A stretch of 64,000 bases of DNA from an uncultured Elusimicrobia bacterium. GTDB taxonomy: Bacteria; Elusimicrobiota; Elusimicrobia; Elusimicrobiales; UBA9959. The notes beneath the pieces were generated by a model. The model worked only from the letters and a program-made list of their open reading frames with translations. It was not told the DNA's origin and ran no database searches. The stretch's first letter is position 1, and each line of letters begins with the position of its first letter. Of the stretch, positions 1 to 8,488 are shown piece after piece. The stretch covers positions 20,041 to 84,040 of the forward strand of contig CAIQNV010000049.1 of NCBI GenBank assembly GCA_903873295.1. The letters are read 5' to 3'. Position numbers and translations under genes: made by a program.

Positions 1-1
1 T

Positions 2-556
2 AAGCTGTCCACTTCCTATGACCTGCGCGAATATTTCGACGCCTCGTTCATAAAACGCCTGGCCCCGGTCACCGCCGAGATCTATTACGCGCCGCGCCCT
101 CTGGTGGATATTTTCGCTTCGGGAACCTACAGCCTTTCCGGCGGCAGCCGCAGTTTCGTCACTCAGATCAACATGGGGGACAAGGAAAACTATATCGGCG
201 GGGGCATAGCCAACTACAGCACCGCTCCGCGCGCCTGGGTCTTCAGCAATATCCTGGGTTTCCGCCCGTGGCGCGGCTCCGGCTGGCGCGCCGAAACCGT
301 GCTGCGCTACCGGCTGAAGTCAGAGGGCAGCTTTAATTTCAGCGATTTTAAATTTTTCGAGAAAGGCATTACGCTTTACCGCGATTTCCACGATTTTCGC
401 ACCAAGTGGAATTTCAGGGAGCGCTCCGGCGGGGTAAGGGAGTTCTTTTTCTACGTGAACCTCAGGATAAGCGATCCCGCGCGCAAGGACGACCTGGAGG
501 ACAGATCCCGGGAGTACTGGCATCCGTGGCGGCAGGAGGGGGAAGTGAGGGATTAA
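2..556 (+). CDS. LPS-assembly protein LptD-like outer-membrane barrel, C-terminal part (5'-truncated by window edge)
   Basis: Frame open from position 2 to TAA at 554-556; alternating aromatic beta-strand pattern and 'LYRDFHDF' resembling the LptD C-terminal RDLHxW strand. Confidence 0.5.
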   Translation, partial: KLSTSYDLREYFDASFIKRLAPVTAEIYYAPRPLVDIFASGTYSLSGGSRSFVTQINMGDKENYIGGGIANYSTAPRAWVFSNILGFRPWRGSGWRAETVLRYRLKSEGSFNFSDFKFFEKGITLYRDFHDFRTKWNFRERSGGVREFFFYVNLRISDPARKDDLEDRSREYWHPWRQEGEVRD

Positions 557-639
557 AGGGGCGGGTTTTTTTGTGGGGGAATTTAAAGTTGATTTTTAAA
601 ATGATAAACTATATTTTACGGGAGAGCAGCGAGATAAAT

Positions 640-1599
640 ATGAAAAAACCGCTTTGGCTTGTTACCGGGGGGGCCGGGTTTATAGGCTCCAATATCGTAG
701 AGGAGCTCGTGCGCAGGGAATGCCGCGTGCGGGTGTTCGATAATCTTTCGACGGGGAAAAAAGAGAATCTGGCTCCTTTCGCCGGTAAGATAGAATTTGT
801 AAAAGGCGATCTCCGTAAGCCCGGGGACCTGGTTAAGGCCATGAAGGGCGTCGCCTATGTGCTGCACCAGGCGGCTTTCCGCTCGGTGCCCAAATCGGTG
901 GACGACCCGCGCGCGGCCAACGACAATAACGCCACGGGCACGCTTAACGCTCTTATGGCGGCCAAAGCCGCCGGGGTCAGGCGCTTTGTTTACGCCGCGA
1001 CCAGCTCGGCCTACGGCGAGTGCAATATCTTTCCGCAGAAAGAGAGCCTGCCCACCATGCCTGTTTCCCCCTACGCCGTCAGCAAGCTGGCGGGGGAGCA
1101 CTATTGCCATGTTTACGCCAGGACCTACGGGCTGGAAACCGTGGCGCTGCGTTATTTTAACGTGTTCGGCCCCAGGCAGAATCCGGAGTCGGTCTATTCC
1201 GCCGTGATCCCGCGCTTTATGGAGCTGGTGATGCAGGGCAGGCCGCTCGAGATACACTGGGACGGGAAGCAGTCGCGCGATTTTACTTACGTGAGCAACG
1301 TGGTGGACGGGAATATCCGCGCGGCGCTGGCCGGCGGGGGGATTTCCGGGAAGACCATCAACCTGGCGACGGGAACCAACATCTCGCTGCTCGATATCGC
1401 GAGCCAGCTTGAGAAGATCACCGGGCATAGGATCGCCCGGACTTTCTCCCCGAAGCGCAAGGGCGACATCCGCAAGACTTATTCGGATATTTCCCTCGCC
1501 CGCAGGGAGCTCAAGTATAAGCCGCTGGTCGGCTTCCCGGAAGGCCTCAGGCTTACCTGGGACTATTTCTCTAAAAAGTTCACGGGGGCCCTGAAATGA
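640..1599 (+). CDS. NAD-dependent nucleotide-sugar epimerase/dehydratase (extended SDR, WbpP/GalE-like)
   Basis: TGGAGFIGS Rossmann motif, YAVSK catalytic YxxxK, LRYFNVFGPRQ; ATG 640 chosen as start. Confidence 0.92.
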   Translation: MKKPLWLVTGGAGFIGSNIVEELVRRECRVRVFDNLSTGKKENLAPFAGKIEFVKGDLRKPGDLVKAMKGVAYVLHQAAFRSVPKSVDDPRAANDNNATGTLNALMAAKAAGVRRFVYAATSSAYGECNIFPQKESLPTMPVSPYAVSKLAGEHYCHVYARTYGLETVALRYFNVFGPRQNPESVYSAVIPRFMELVMQGRPLEIHWDGKQSRDFTYVSNVVDGNIRAALAGGGISGKTINLATGTNISLLDIASQLEKITGHRIARTFSPKRKGDIRKTYSDISLARRELKYKPLVGFPEGLRLTWDYFSKKFTGALK

Positions 1600-2159
1600 T
1601 ATTCAATGTCTCTTCCTCTTCTGGCTGGATAGAAGTGGTGTGCGGCAGCATGTTCTCCGGCAAAACCCAGGAGCTGATACGCCGCCTCAAGCTTGCCGCT
1701 ATAGCGAAGCAGAGGGTGCAGGTGTTCAACTCCCATCTGGACGTGCGCTATTCGAAGGAGCATCTTGTCTCGCACGACAAGTCCACGCTGGCGGCCCGCC
1801 CGGTCAAGACCGCGAAGGAAATTTTAAAAGAGATAGGCAAGGATACCCAGGTGGTGGGGATAGACGAGGCGCATTTCTTCGGCGAGGAAATCGTGGAGGT
1901 CGCGCAGAAGCTGGCCGATTCCGGCCGCCGCGTGATAGTGGCGGGGCTCGACCAGGATTACCGCGGCGAGGCTTTTACGAATATGGCGAAGCTTATGGCG
2001 GTGTCGGAATTCGTCACCAAGAACCTGGCCATCTGCATGGTCTGCGGCAACCCCGCTCATTACAGCCAGCGCCTGACTGATTCCGGCCGCCGCATCGAAG
2101 TGGGCGCCGGCGATAAATACGAGGCCCGCTGCCGCAAATGCTTCCAGCCGGAGAAATAG
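1596..2159 (+). CDS. tdk: Thymidine kinase
   Basis: GSMFSGKT P-loop, IDEAHFF, VAGLD, Zn-binding CMVC...CRKC; ATGA overlap with upstream gene. Confidence 0.96.
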   Translation: MIFNVSSSSGWIEVVCGSMFSGKTQELIRRLKLAAIAKQRVQVFNSHLDVRYSKEHLVSHDKSTLAARPVKTAKEILKEIGKDTQVVGIDEAHFFGEEIVEVAQKLADSGRRVIVAGLDQDYRGEAFTNMAKLMAVSEFVTKNLAICMVCGNPAHYSQRLTDSGRRIEVGAGDKYEARCRKCFQPEK

Positions 2160-2170
2160 CACCCGCTCTT

Positions 2171-2668
2171 ATGTACCGATCCGAAAAATTCAATCCTACG
2201 CTGTTCGGAAAGCTTTTCCACCTCGGGAGCAAGCTCGCGGGTTCCAACCGCTGGCTTAAGCTGGCCGAGATCCTGCCCTGGGAGAGACTGGACGCGGCTT
2301 ACGGCCGGCATTTCTCTGCCGGGTACGGCCGCCCGGCCAAGGACTCCCGCCTGGTCTGCGGCCTGCTGGTAGTGAAGCGGCTTAAAGAGCTGTCGGACGA
2401 GGACGCCGTCGCCGAGTTCATGGAGAGCCCGTATCTGCAGGCCTTCTGCGGCCTGGAATATTTCTCCCTCGAGGACGTGATAAATCCCGGGATACTTTCC
2501 GAGCGCCGCAAGCGCCTGGGCGCCGAGTTCCTGGCGTTCCTCGACTCGGAGCTCCTGGCCGCGCTTAAAGCCAATAAGGACCTGAAGTTCCGCCTGCCCC
2601 GCGCCGTCTCTCCCGAAGAGGGTTTCTGGCCGTCCCTGCTGTCAAAGCTCCGCACCTTCTTTCCATAA
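2171..2668 (+). CDS. Stand-alone IS5-family transposase N-terminal (DUF772-like) domain protein lacking DDE domain
   Basis: NRWLKLAEILPW...GRPA...LSDEDAV...ESPYLQAFCG...LSERRKRLG pattern typical of IS5 N-termini; ORF ends after 165 aa. Confidence 0.75.
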   Translation: MYRSEKFNPTLFGKLFHLGSKLAGSNRWLKLAEILPWERLDAAYGRHFSAGYGRPAKDSRLVCGLLVVKRLKELSDEDAVAEFMESPYLQAFCGLEYFSLEDVINPGILSERRKRLGAEFLAFLDSELLAALKANKDLKFRLPRAVSPEEGFWPSLLSKLRTFFP

Positions 2669-2692
2669 ACAGCCGCCGGAGGCCGTTCAAAT

Positions 2693-2717
2693 AAAAAAGC
2701 GGAACTTCCGTTCCGCT
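2693..2717 (-). terminator. Rho-independent terminator of the pal-cpoB-tolB operon
   Basis: AGCGGAAC-loop-GTTCCGCT hairpin followed by a T-run on the minus strand just past the tolB stop. Confidence 0.7.
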
Positions 2718-2744
2718 CTCCCCGGCCCCCGCTAAACCTTCCGC

Positions 2745-4028
2745 CTACTGCGACCAGCTCGGCGTAAACGAGTTCCCCTTCAGCTCCACCAGCGGGTGGG
2801 GGGCGCTGCCGTCCGCGTCCATGATAAAGATCTCCCTGCGCCCGTTGCGCGTCGAGGTGAAGGCCACGAACCTTCCGTCCGGCGACCAGGAGGGGTCCTC
2901 GTTGTCGCCGGCGCCGCTGGTCAGGCGGCGTATCTGGCTGCCGGTCAGATCGGTTATGAAAATATTGAATTTTTCCTTCGGCGTCTCGCGCCCTGCAAAA
3001 ACTATCCATTCCCCGGACGGCGACCAGGAGGGGGAGTCGCACCAGTTGAAGCGCGTGAGCTTGCGCGTCTTGCCGGAGGCTATGTCCAGCACGTAAAGCT
3101 GCGGGTTCCCGGAGCGGTCGGAGACGAAGGCCACCTGGCCGCCGTCGGGGGCCCAGGTGGGCGAAGAGCTGACCCCGAAGCCCTTCAGCAGCTTCTTCAC
3201 CGCCTTGGTCATCACGTTAAGCGTGTAGATGCCGGGGTCCTCGCCGCGCGAAAGCGTCATGACCATGGTCATGCCGTCCGGCGAGAAACCGCCGGGGATA
3301 TTGAGGCCCTGGAATGTGGTAAAAGGCCGGATCTTGCCGGCCTTCAGATCGATCTCGAACATGTCCGGGTTGCCCCAGCGGTAGGTGGTGTAATAGATCC
3401 TGGAGGAGTCGACCGACCAGCGCGGCAGCAGGTCGATGCTGTTGTCGGAGGTGAGGCGCACAAGGTTCTCTCCGTCGTAGTCGGCTATGTATATTTCCTT
3501 GCGGCCGGTGGCGTTGTTGGCGAACGCCAGTTTCGAATGGGCTATTCCCTGCCGCCCGGTCAGGCGCATCACCACGTCGTCGGCGAACATGTGCGCCGCG
3601 CGGCGCATGGCCCGCTTCTCCCCCTGATAGAACTTCTCCATCACCACCTTGTCGCCGGAGAGATCGTAAAGGCGCGCCGTGAAAGTCCACACCGCGCCGG
3701 AATCCTGCGCCCGGCCGGTAATAAGGTGGCCGGCCAGGGATTTCCAGTAGGCGAGGGATTCCTGGCTTGCGTCAAGATTGGCGGTGGACAGGGCGTCCTC
3801 TTTCAGGTCAAAATAGCGGGAGTAAAGCAGGTCCGCGCGGATTATTTCGCGCAGGGCTTCCGCGAGGGCGAGGTCTTCGGGGGTCTGCGGCCTGGACGGG
3901 TGGAACCGGGCCAGGGCCACGGCGGTTTTTTTTACTTCGATGCCCGGCGAGACGCCGATGTAAACTTCGGTGCCGGCGCCGGCGCGGGGCGCCAGCGCGA
4001 ACATCGCGGCTGCCAGTACTTTAAACAT
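2745..4028 (-). CDS. tolB: Tol-Pal beta-propeller protein TolB
   Basis: Signal peptide, TolB N-domain (AAHMFADDVV..LTG), PD40 repeats (PTWAPDG, PSWSPSG, PSWSPDG); adjacent to pal/cpoB. Confidence 0.93.
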   Translation of the reverse strand: MFKVLAAAMFALAPRAGAGTEVYIGVSPGIEVKKTAVALARFHPSRPQTPEDLALAEALREIIRADLLYSRYFDLKEDALSTANLDASQESLAYWKSLAGHLITGRAQDSGAVWTFTARLYDLSGDKVVMEKFYQGEKRAMRRAAHMFADDVVMRLTGRQGIAHSKLAFANNATGRKEIYIADYDGENLVRLTSDNSIDLLPRWSVDSSRIYYTTYRWGNPDMFEIDLKAGKIRPFTTFQGLNIPGGFSPDGMTMVMTLSRGEDPGIYTLNVMTKAVKKLLKGFGVSSSPTWAPDGGQVAFVSDRSGNPQLYVLDIASGKTRKLTRFNWCDSPSWSPSGEWIVFAGRETPKEKFNIFITDLTGSQIRRLTSGAGDNEDPSWSPDGRFVAFTSTRNGRREIFIMDADGSAPHPLVELKGNSFTPSWSQ

Positions 4029-4034
4029 GCGGGC

Positions 4035-4811
4035 TCAGCCCTTCTTCGCGGGAACTTTTGCCGGCCTGGCCGGAACCCTGGCCGGGGCCGCCGGGGGCTT
4101 TGCCGTAAGCCTGACAATATAGTCCCTGGCTGTTTTTGCTTCCTGCGACTGCGGAAAATCCTTTACCACTGACTGCAGGTATTTAAGCGCTTCGGCCTTT
4201 TTGTCCTCGGGCAGCTTAAGCAGCGCCGTCGCGTATTTAAGCCGGGCGGCGGGTACGCGCGCGCCCTGGGGGAATTTTTCAAGCACGCTGGCGTAGGCCA
4301 GCGCGGCGTCCTGCCAGCGCTCCTTGAGATAGAGCGATTCCCCCAGATAGAAATAAGAGCCCTCGGCCATTTCCCCGGCGGGGAACTTGGAAAGATAGGA
4401 TTTGAAGCCGGCGGCGGCGGCGTCGAAGCTGTTGTTGAGGAAAGCGTTATAGGCGTCGTTGTAGATCTTGGCGGGCAGCAGCGAGCTTTCCACTTCCTCC
4501 TGTTGTTTGCGTATGGTCTGGCCTATGGCGTTGACGCGCTTGCTCATGGAGTTGTCGATCTCGTCGAGCCGCGAGGTGAGGCGGTCCATCTGGACGGAGA
4601 AATCCTTCATGCTCTCCGAGGACGCGTTGAGGTTCTTGGAGAGGTCCTCCATCTTCACCGCCAGTTCCGCCTGGTTCTTCTGCATATTGGTCAGGCTGGT
4701 GTTCAGATCGTCCATCTGGCTCTGCATCTGCAGCATATCCTGCTGCGTGGCCACGCAGCCGGAGGCGAGCAGGCAGACGGGCACGAGCAGCAGTATTTTG
4801 GGAAGGGACAT
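4035..4811 (-). CDS. cpoB: Tol-Pal coordinator CpoB/YbgF (coiled-coil + TPR lipoprotein)
   Basis: Lipobox LASGC, coiled coil, TPR motifs (YFYLGESLY, VVKDFPQS); between pal and tolB. Confidence 0.85.
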   Translation of the reverse strand: MSLPKILLLVPVCLLASGCVATQQDMLQMQSQMDDLNTSLTNMQKNQAELAVKMEDLSKNLNASSESMKDFSVQMDRLTSRLDEIDNSMSKRVNAIGQTIRKQQEEVESSLLPAKIYNDAYNAFLNNSFDAAAAGFKSYLSKFPAGEMAEGSYFYLGESLYLKERWQDAALAYASVLEKFPQGARVPAARLKYATALLKLPEDKKAEALKYLQSVVKDFPQSQEAKTARDYIVRLTAKPPAAPARVPARPAKVPAKKG

Positions 4812-5360
4812 TTAATTGCCTTTTATCTTTGTTTCCGCGCGGCGGTTCTGCAGCCAGCAGGCCTCGCTGGCCTCGGTGCAGAGGGGCATTTCCTCACCGT
4901 AGGAGATGGTGCCGATTGTATTTTCCTGCACGCCCAGGCGCACGTAGTAGTCGCGCACGGCCTTGGCCCTTTTCTGGCCCAGCGCCAGATTATATTCCAC
5001 GGTCCCGCGGTCGTCGCAGTGGCCTTCCACCAGCACGGCCCAGTCCTTGCGGGCCTTTATCAGCGCGGCGTTGGCCTGCAGCGTAGCGCGGGTCGCTTCG
5101 GAAAGCTCGTAGCGGTCATAGTCGAAGTTTATGGTCTTGATGCTAGTCTGGCTGAGGAATTCCCCCCTGCGGATCTCCCCCTCCGTGGTGAAGGTGTCGG
5201 AACTCTCCTGCACATCCAGGCCGGGGATGGTGGCGGTATCGGTGGTCATGTCGGCTTTTAGATCGCTGGCGCTTTTGACATTTTTATTATTGCAGGATGA
5301 AAGCGTGAAAGCGGCGAGCAGCGGTAAGACAAAAGCGAGCAGCAGGGTGCATTTCTTCAT
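4812..5360 (-). CDS. pal: Peptidoglycan-associated lipoprotein Pal (OmpA-like domain)
   Basis: Lipobox LSSC; FDYD, VEGHCDDRGTVEYNLALGQKRA, ISYGEE, NRRAE motifs. Confidence 0.95.
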   Translation of the reverse strand: MKKCTLLLAFVLPLLAAFTLSSCNNKNVKSASDLKADMTTDTATIPGLDVQESSDTFTTEGEIRRGEFLSQTSIKTINFDYDRYELSEATRATLQANAALIKARKDWAVLVEGHCDDRGTVEYNLALGQKRAKAVRDYYVRLGVQENTIGTISYGEEMPLCTEASEACWLQNRRAETKIKGN

Positions 5361-5454
5361 TACTGAAACCTCCGTATACTGTGACGTCCTATATAATTTA
5401 TAAAAAATCCCGCGTCTTTACAATAGGGGGGAGCAGAAACAGCGTGGCAGTTCC

Positions 5455-6318
5455 CTAAAGTTTTGTTTGCGCCGCGAGGTAAAGGCCGGCGGAGAGGAGG
5501 AGGCCGTAGACGGCCACAAGCTTTGCCGTTTCAGGCACAAGCGCCGGAAAATCGCCCTTTGAAGCCAGGCGCATAAGCTTCAGCGAAAGCGGAATGGAGA
5601 CGGCGCAGAAAACCGCGGGCCAGACGCTGCCGAACGTGAGAGAGAAAAAATAGGGCGCAAAAATAAGGGCGTAATAAAACGTTTTAGCCCGTCGCGGCCC
5701 GAGCGCGGCGGCCAGCGTAGTAAATTCCGCCTCCGTATCGCTCTTTACGTCGCGCATGTTGTTCGCGTGGAGTATGCCCACTATCAGCAGGCCCAGCGGG
5801 ATGGAGGCCCAGAGGGCCTCGGGCAGGAAAACCCCGGTCTGTATCAGCGCCGTGCCGCTGACTATGCACGGCCCGAAAGCGAAGAAGATCCCCGCGTCGC
5901 CCAGCGTGCGGTACTTGTAGGCGAAGCCGGAGGCCGTGTAGAACCAGGCCAGCGCGAAACCGGCCGCGCCCAGCCAGAGCAGCGAGGGAACATGGTTCTT
6001 GAAAGCCAGCAGAAAGCCTATGCCCGCTCCGGCGGCGAACATCCCGAGCGACGCAAGCATCATTGCCCGCGGGGTTATCAGGCCGTCGACCAGGCCCCGG
6101 TCGTCGGCTGTTTCCTTATGGTCCACGCCGTTCTTGAAATCAAAATAGGTGTTGGCCAGGTTGGCGGCGGAGTGTACGAGCAGCGCCGCCGTAAGCGTCA
6201 GCGCGAAATCCAGCCGGGAGAACCTCCCGTGCCGCCAGGCTATCACCGAGCCTAAAATGACCGTAACCAGAGAGGCCGGCCAGGAATAAGCGCGCAGTAT
6301 TATCAGCCATTTTTTCAT
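5455..6318 (-). CDS. menA: UbiA-family prenyltransferase, MenA-like (DHNA polyprenyltransferase)
   Basis: NTYFDFKNGVD and ANNMRD motifs, multiple TM helices; next to polyprenyl synthase. Confidence 0.82.
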   Translation of the reverse strand: MKKWLIILRAYSWPASLVTVILGSVIAWRHGRFSRLDFALTLTAALLVHSAANLANTYFDFKNGVDHKETADDRGLVDGLITPRAMMLASLGMFAAGAGIGFLLAFKNHVPSLLWLGAAGFALAWFYTASGFAYKYRTLGDAGIFFAFGPCIVSGTALIQTGVFLPEALWASIPLGLLIVGILHANNMRDVKSDTEAEFTTLAAALGPRRAKTFYYALIFAPYFFSLTFGSVWPAVFCAVSIPLSLKLMRLASKGDFPALVPETAKLVAVYGLLLSAGLYLAAQTKL

Positions 6319-6376
6319 AAAATGCGGGTTTCGCCGCGGTACGCGGCGAGCGGCACGGTGCGGCGGCTTACTGCTT

Positions 6377-7342
6377 CTACGCCGTGCGCGCGCCTAAGGC
6401 CAGCAGAAAATCTTTCAGGGCTTCGGCTTCCTTCCTGTGCGGGAAGGTGTCTATAAGCGGGAAGAGATTTTTAAGCTTTTCCGCCGCCGTTTTTCTCGCC
6501 GTTCCGGAAAAACCGCCTTTCCTCACAAGTTCCGCGAGGTCCAAAGCGGGAGCCAGGTCGGCCTCCGGCCCGGCTTTTACAGAGGCCAGCAGCTTCTCCG
6601 CCCGCGGCCCGGCCTGCGCGTCGTTCAGCGCCAGTATAAGCGGCAGCGTGAACTTGCCTTCTTTGATATCCTTCAGGGTTTCCTTGCCGCAGGCGTCGGC
6701 GTCGCCCTCGAAATCCAGCACGTCGTCAATGAGCTGGAAGGCCGAGCCCGCCTCTTCCCCCAGGCGCGCGCAGTCGTCGAGCATTTCCGGCTTTTCCGCC
6801 AGGCGGCAGGCCGCGAGGGCGCACCAGCGGAAAAGCGCCCCGGTCTTGAGGGCCACTATCTTTTCCGCCGCCGCGGCCGGGATCTTCTTGCCCCGGGAAT
6901 TCTCTTCTATGAGGGCGCCCTTCGTCATGCGCTTTACCGCCTCCACCAGGCTTTCCTGCAGATCAGGGGCCGCGCGCCCGGCGCATTCAAAAGCCAGGGC
7001 TATCAGAAGGTCGCCGACCAGTATCGCCGAATTTACTCCCACCTGGTCGTAGAGGGTGGGCAGGCCTCTGCGGTAGCGGGCCATGTCGAGGCAGTCGTCG
7101 TGCAGCAGGGAGGCGGTGTGGGTAAGCTCCGCGGCGGCGGCGGCTTTTTCCGCCCGGCGGGACTCCGCTCCCAGAGCGCGGGCCATAAGCAGGGTAAAGC
7201 GGGCCCTTGAGGCTTTGCCCATGAAGCTGAAGGGGAATTTTTCAAAATTAAAAACTTCACGGTCTATCGCGGCCAGTTCGGCCGCGATATACCCGTTCAC
7301 CGAGCGCAGAGAATCTTCAATATTCCCGGCAGTTTGTTCCAT
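6377..7342 (-). CDS. Polyprenyl diphosphate synthase
   Basis: Asp-rich motifs LLHDDCLD..RRG and FQLIDDVLD; KTGALF; GKxxxxDIKEGKFTLP. Confidence 0.92.
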   Translation of the reverse strand: MEQTAGNIEDSLRSVNGYIAAELAAIDREVFNFEKFPFSFMGKASRARFTLLMARALGAESRRAEKAAAAAELTHTASLLHDDCLDMARYRRGLPTLYDQVGVNSAILVGDLLIALAFECAGRAAPDLQESLVEAVKRMTKGALIEENSRGKKIPAAAAEKIVALKTGALFRWCALAACRLAEKPEMLDDCARLGEEAGSAFQLIDDVLDFEGDADACGKETLKDIKEGKFTLPLILALNDAQAGPRAEKLLASVKAGPEADLAPALDLAELVRKGGFSGTARKTAAEKLKNLFPLIDTFPHRKEAEALKDFLLALGARTA

Positions 7343-7419
7343 GTATACATTTTAGCATTTAGCCCGCGCTTTTCCTTCAGGCGAAAGCGCCTGGCATATA
7401 AAAATAATATAATCTTTGA

Positions 7420-8349
7420 ATGGGACACGAGCACGAACACGGGCATGAGCACGGACATTCCTGCGCGCACGGGCACGGCGCCCATTCCCAGCGCAGGGCC
7501 ATCGCCACCGCGTTCTTCATAACGGCCGGCTTCATGCTGGTGGAGGCGGCCGGCGGCCTCTTTACGGGCAGCATGGCGCTGCTCAGCGATTCCATGCATA
7601 TGCTGACCGATGCCGCGGCCCTGGGAATGAGCTTTTTCGCGTCCAGGCTGGCCGGCCTTAAGCCGGACTCCTCCCGCACCTTCGGCTACCGGCGGGCGGA
7701 GGTGGTGGCTGCGCTCGCCAACGCCATGCTGCTGTGGCTGCTGTCCGGCTACATGCTCCGCGAGGTCTATGAAAGGTTCCAGAGCCCGGTGGCGGTGCTT
7801 TCCGGGCCCATGCTGGTGATCGCGGTTATCGGACTCCTGGCCAATGTGGTCAGCGCTTATATCCTGCACGGCCACAGCGGCGACAATATCAATATCCGCG
7901 GCGCTTTCCTGCACGTGCTGAGCGATCTGGCCGGTTCCGTCGCGGCTATCGTAGCCGGCGTCGTGATCTATTTCAGCGGCTGGTACCTGGCGGACACTAT
8001 AGTTTCGCTCCTGATAATAATCCTCATACTGTTCAGCTCCACCCGGCTTCTTCTGGAGGCTTTCCATATTCTTATGGAGGGGGCTCCGCGCGGGCTTTCC
8101 CTGAAAGCCCTGGAAAAGGAGCTGCGCGCCATAGACGGGGTTTCGGACGTGCACGAGCTGCACGCCTGGAGCCTTTCCTCCGGCTTCAACGCCCTGAGCG
8201 CCCACCTGGTGGTAAAAGACCAGTCCAGACAGCAGGCCGCCCTTAAAGCCGCCACCTGCGGGGTGGCCGCCTCCTTCGGCATCCGCCACAGCGTTTTTCA
8301 GGTGGAAACCGAACCCGTTGAAAACTCCTCCTGCGACATCTGCGCCTGA
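7420..8349 (+). CDS. Cation diffusion facilitator (CzcD/ZitB-like Zn/Co/Cd exporter)
   Basis: His-rich N-terminus, SMALLSDSMHMLTD, TFGYRRAE, GAFLHVLSD, VHELHAW. Confidence 0.95.
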   Translation: MGHEHEHGHEHGHSCAHGHGAHSQRRAIATAFFITAGFMLVEAAGGLFTGSMALLSDSMHMLTDAAALGMSFFASRLAGLKPDSSRTFGYRRAEVVAALANAMLLWLLSGYMLREVYERFQSPVAVLSGPMLVIAVIGLLANVVSAYILHGHSGDNINIRGAFLHVLSDLAGSVAAIVAGVVIYFSGWYLADTIVSLLIIILILFSSTRLLLEAFHILMEGAPRGLSLKALEKELRAIDGVSDVHELHAWSLSSGFNALSAHLVVKDQSRQQAALKAATCGVAASFGIRHSVFQVETEPVENSSCDICA

Positions 8350-8383
8350 AAACCTGATGTATCAAAAGTAACAGAATTTGTTG

Positions 8384-8412
8384 TTGACTTACGGTTGCCG
8401 CTAACCTATAAT
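8384..8412 (+). promoter_or_regulatory. Sigma70-type promoter of the FecR/barrel/giant-protein/PorV locus
   Basis: TTGACT (8384-8389), 17-nt spacer, TATAAT (8407-8412). Confidence 0.75.
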
Positions 8413-8488
8413 CAAAAGTGAGCAGTTCAGGGGACGTTAATAAGCCCTAAGGGTGGGCTATGCCCGCGTTATAAAACAGGAGTTCCTA

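Noticed and set aside
1596-2159. Co-occurrence of tdk with thyX
   Set aside because: Salvage plus de novo thymidylate routes coexist in many bacteria, and the genes are 58 kb apart
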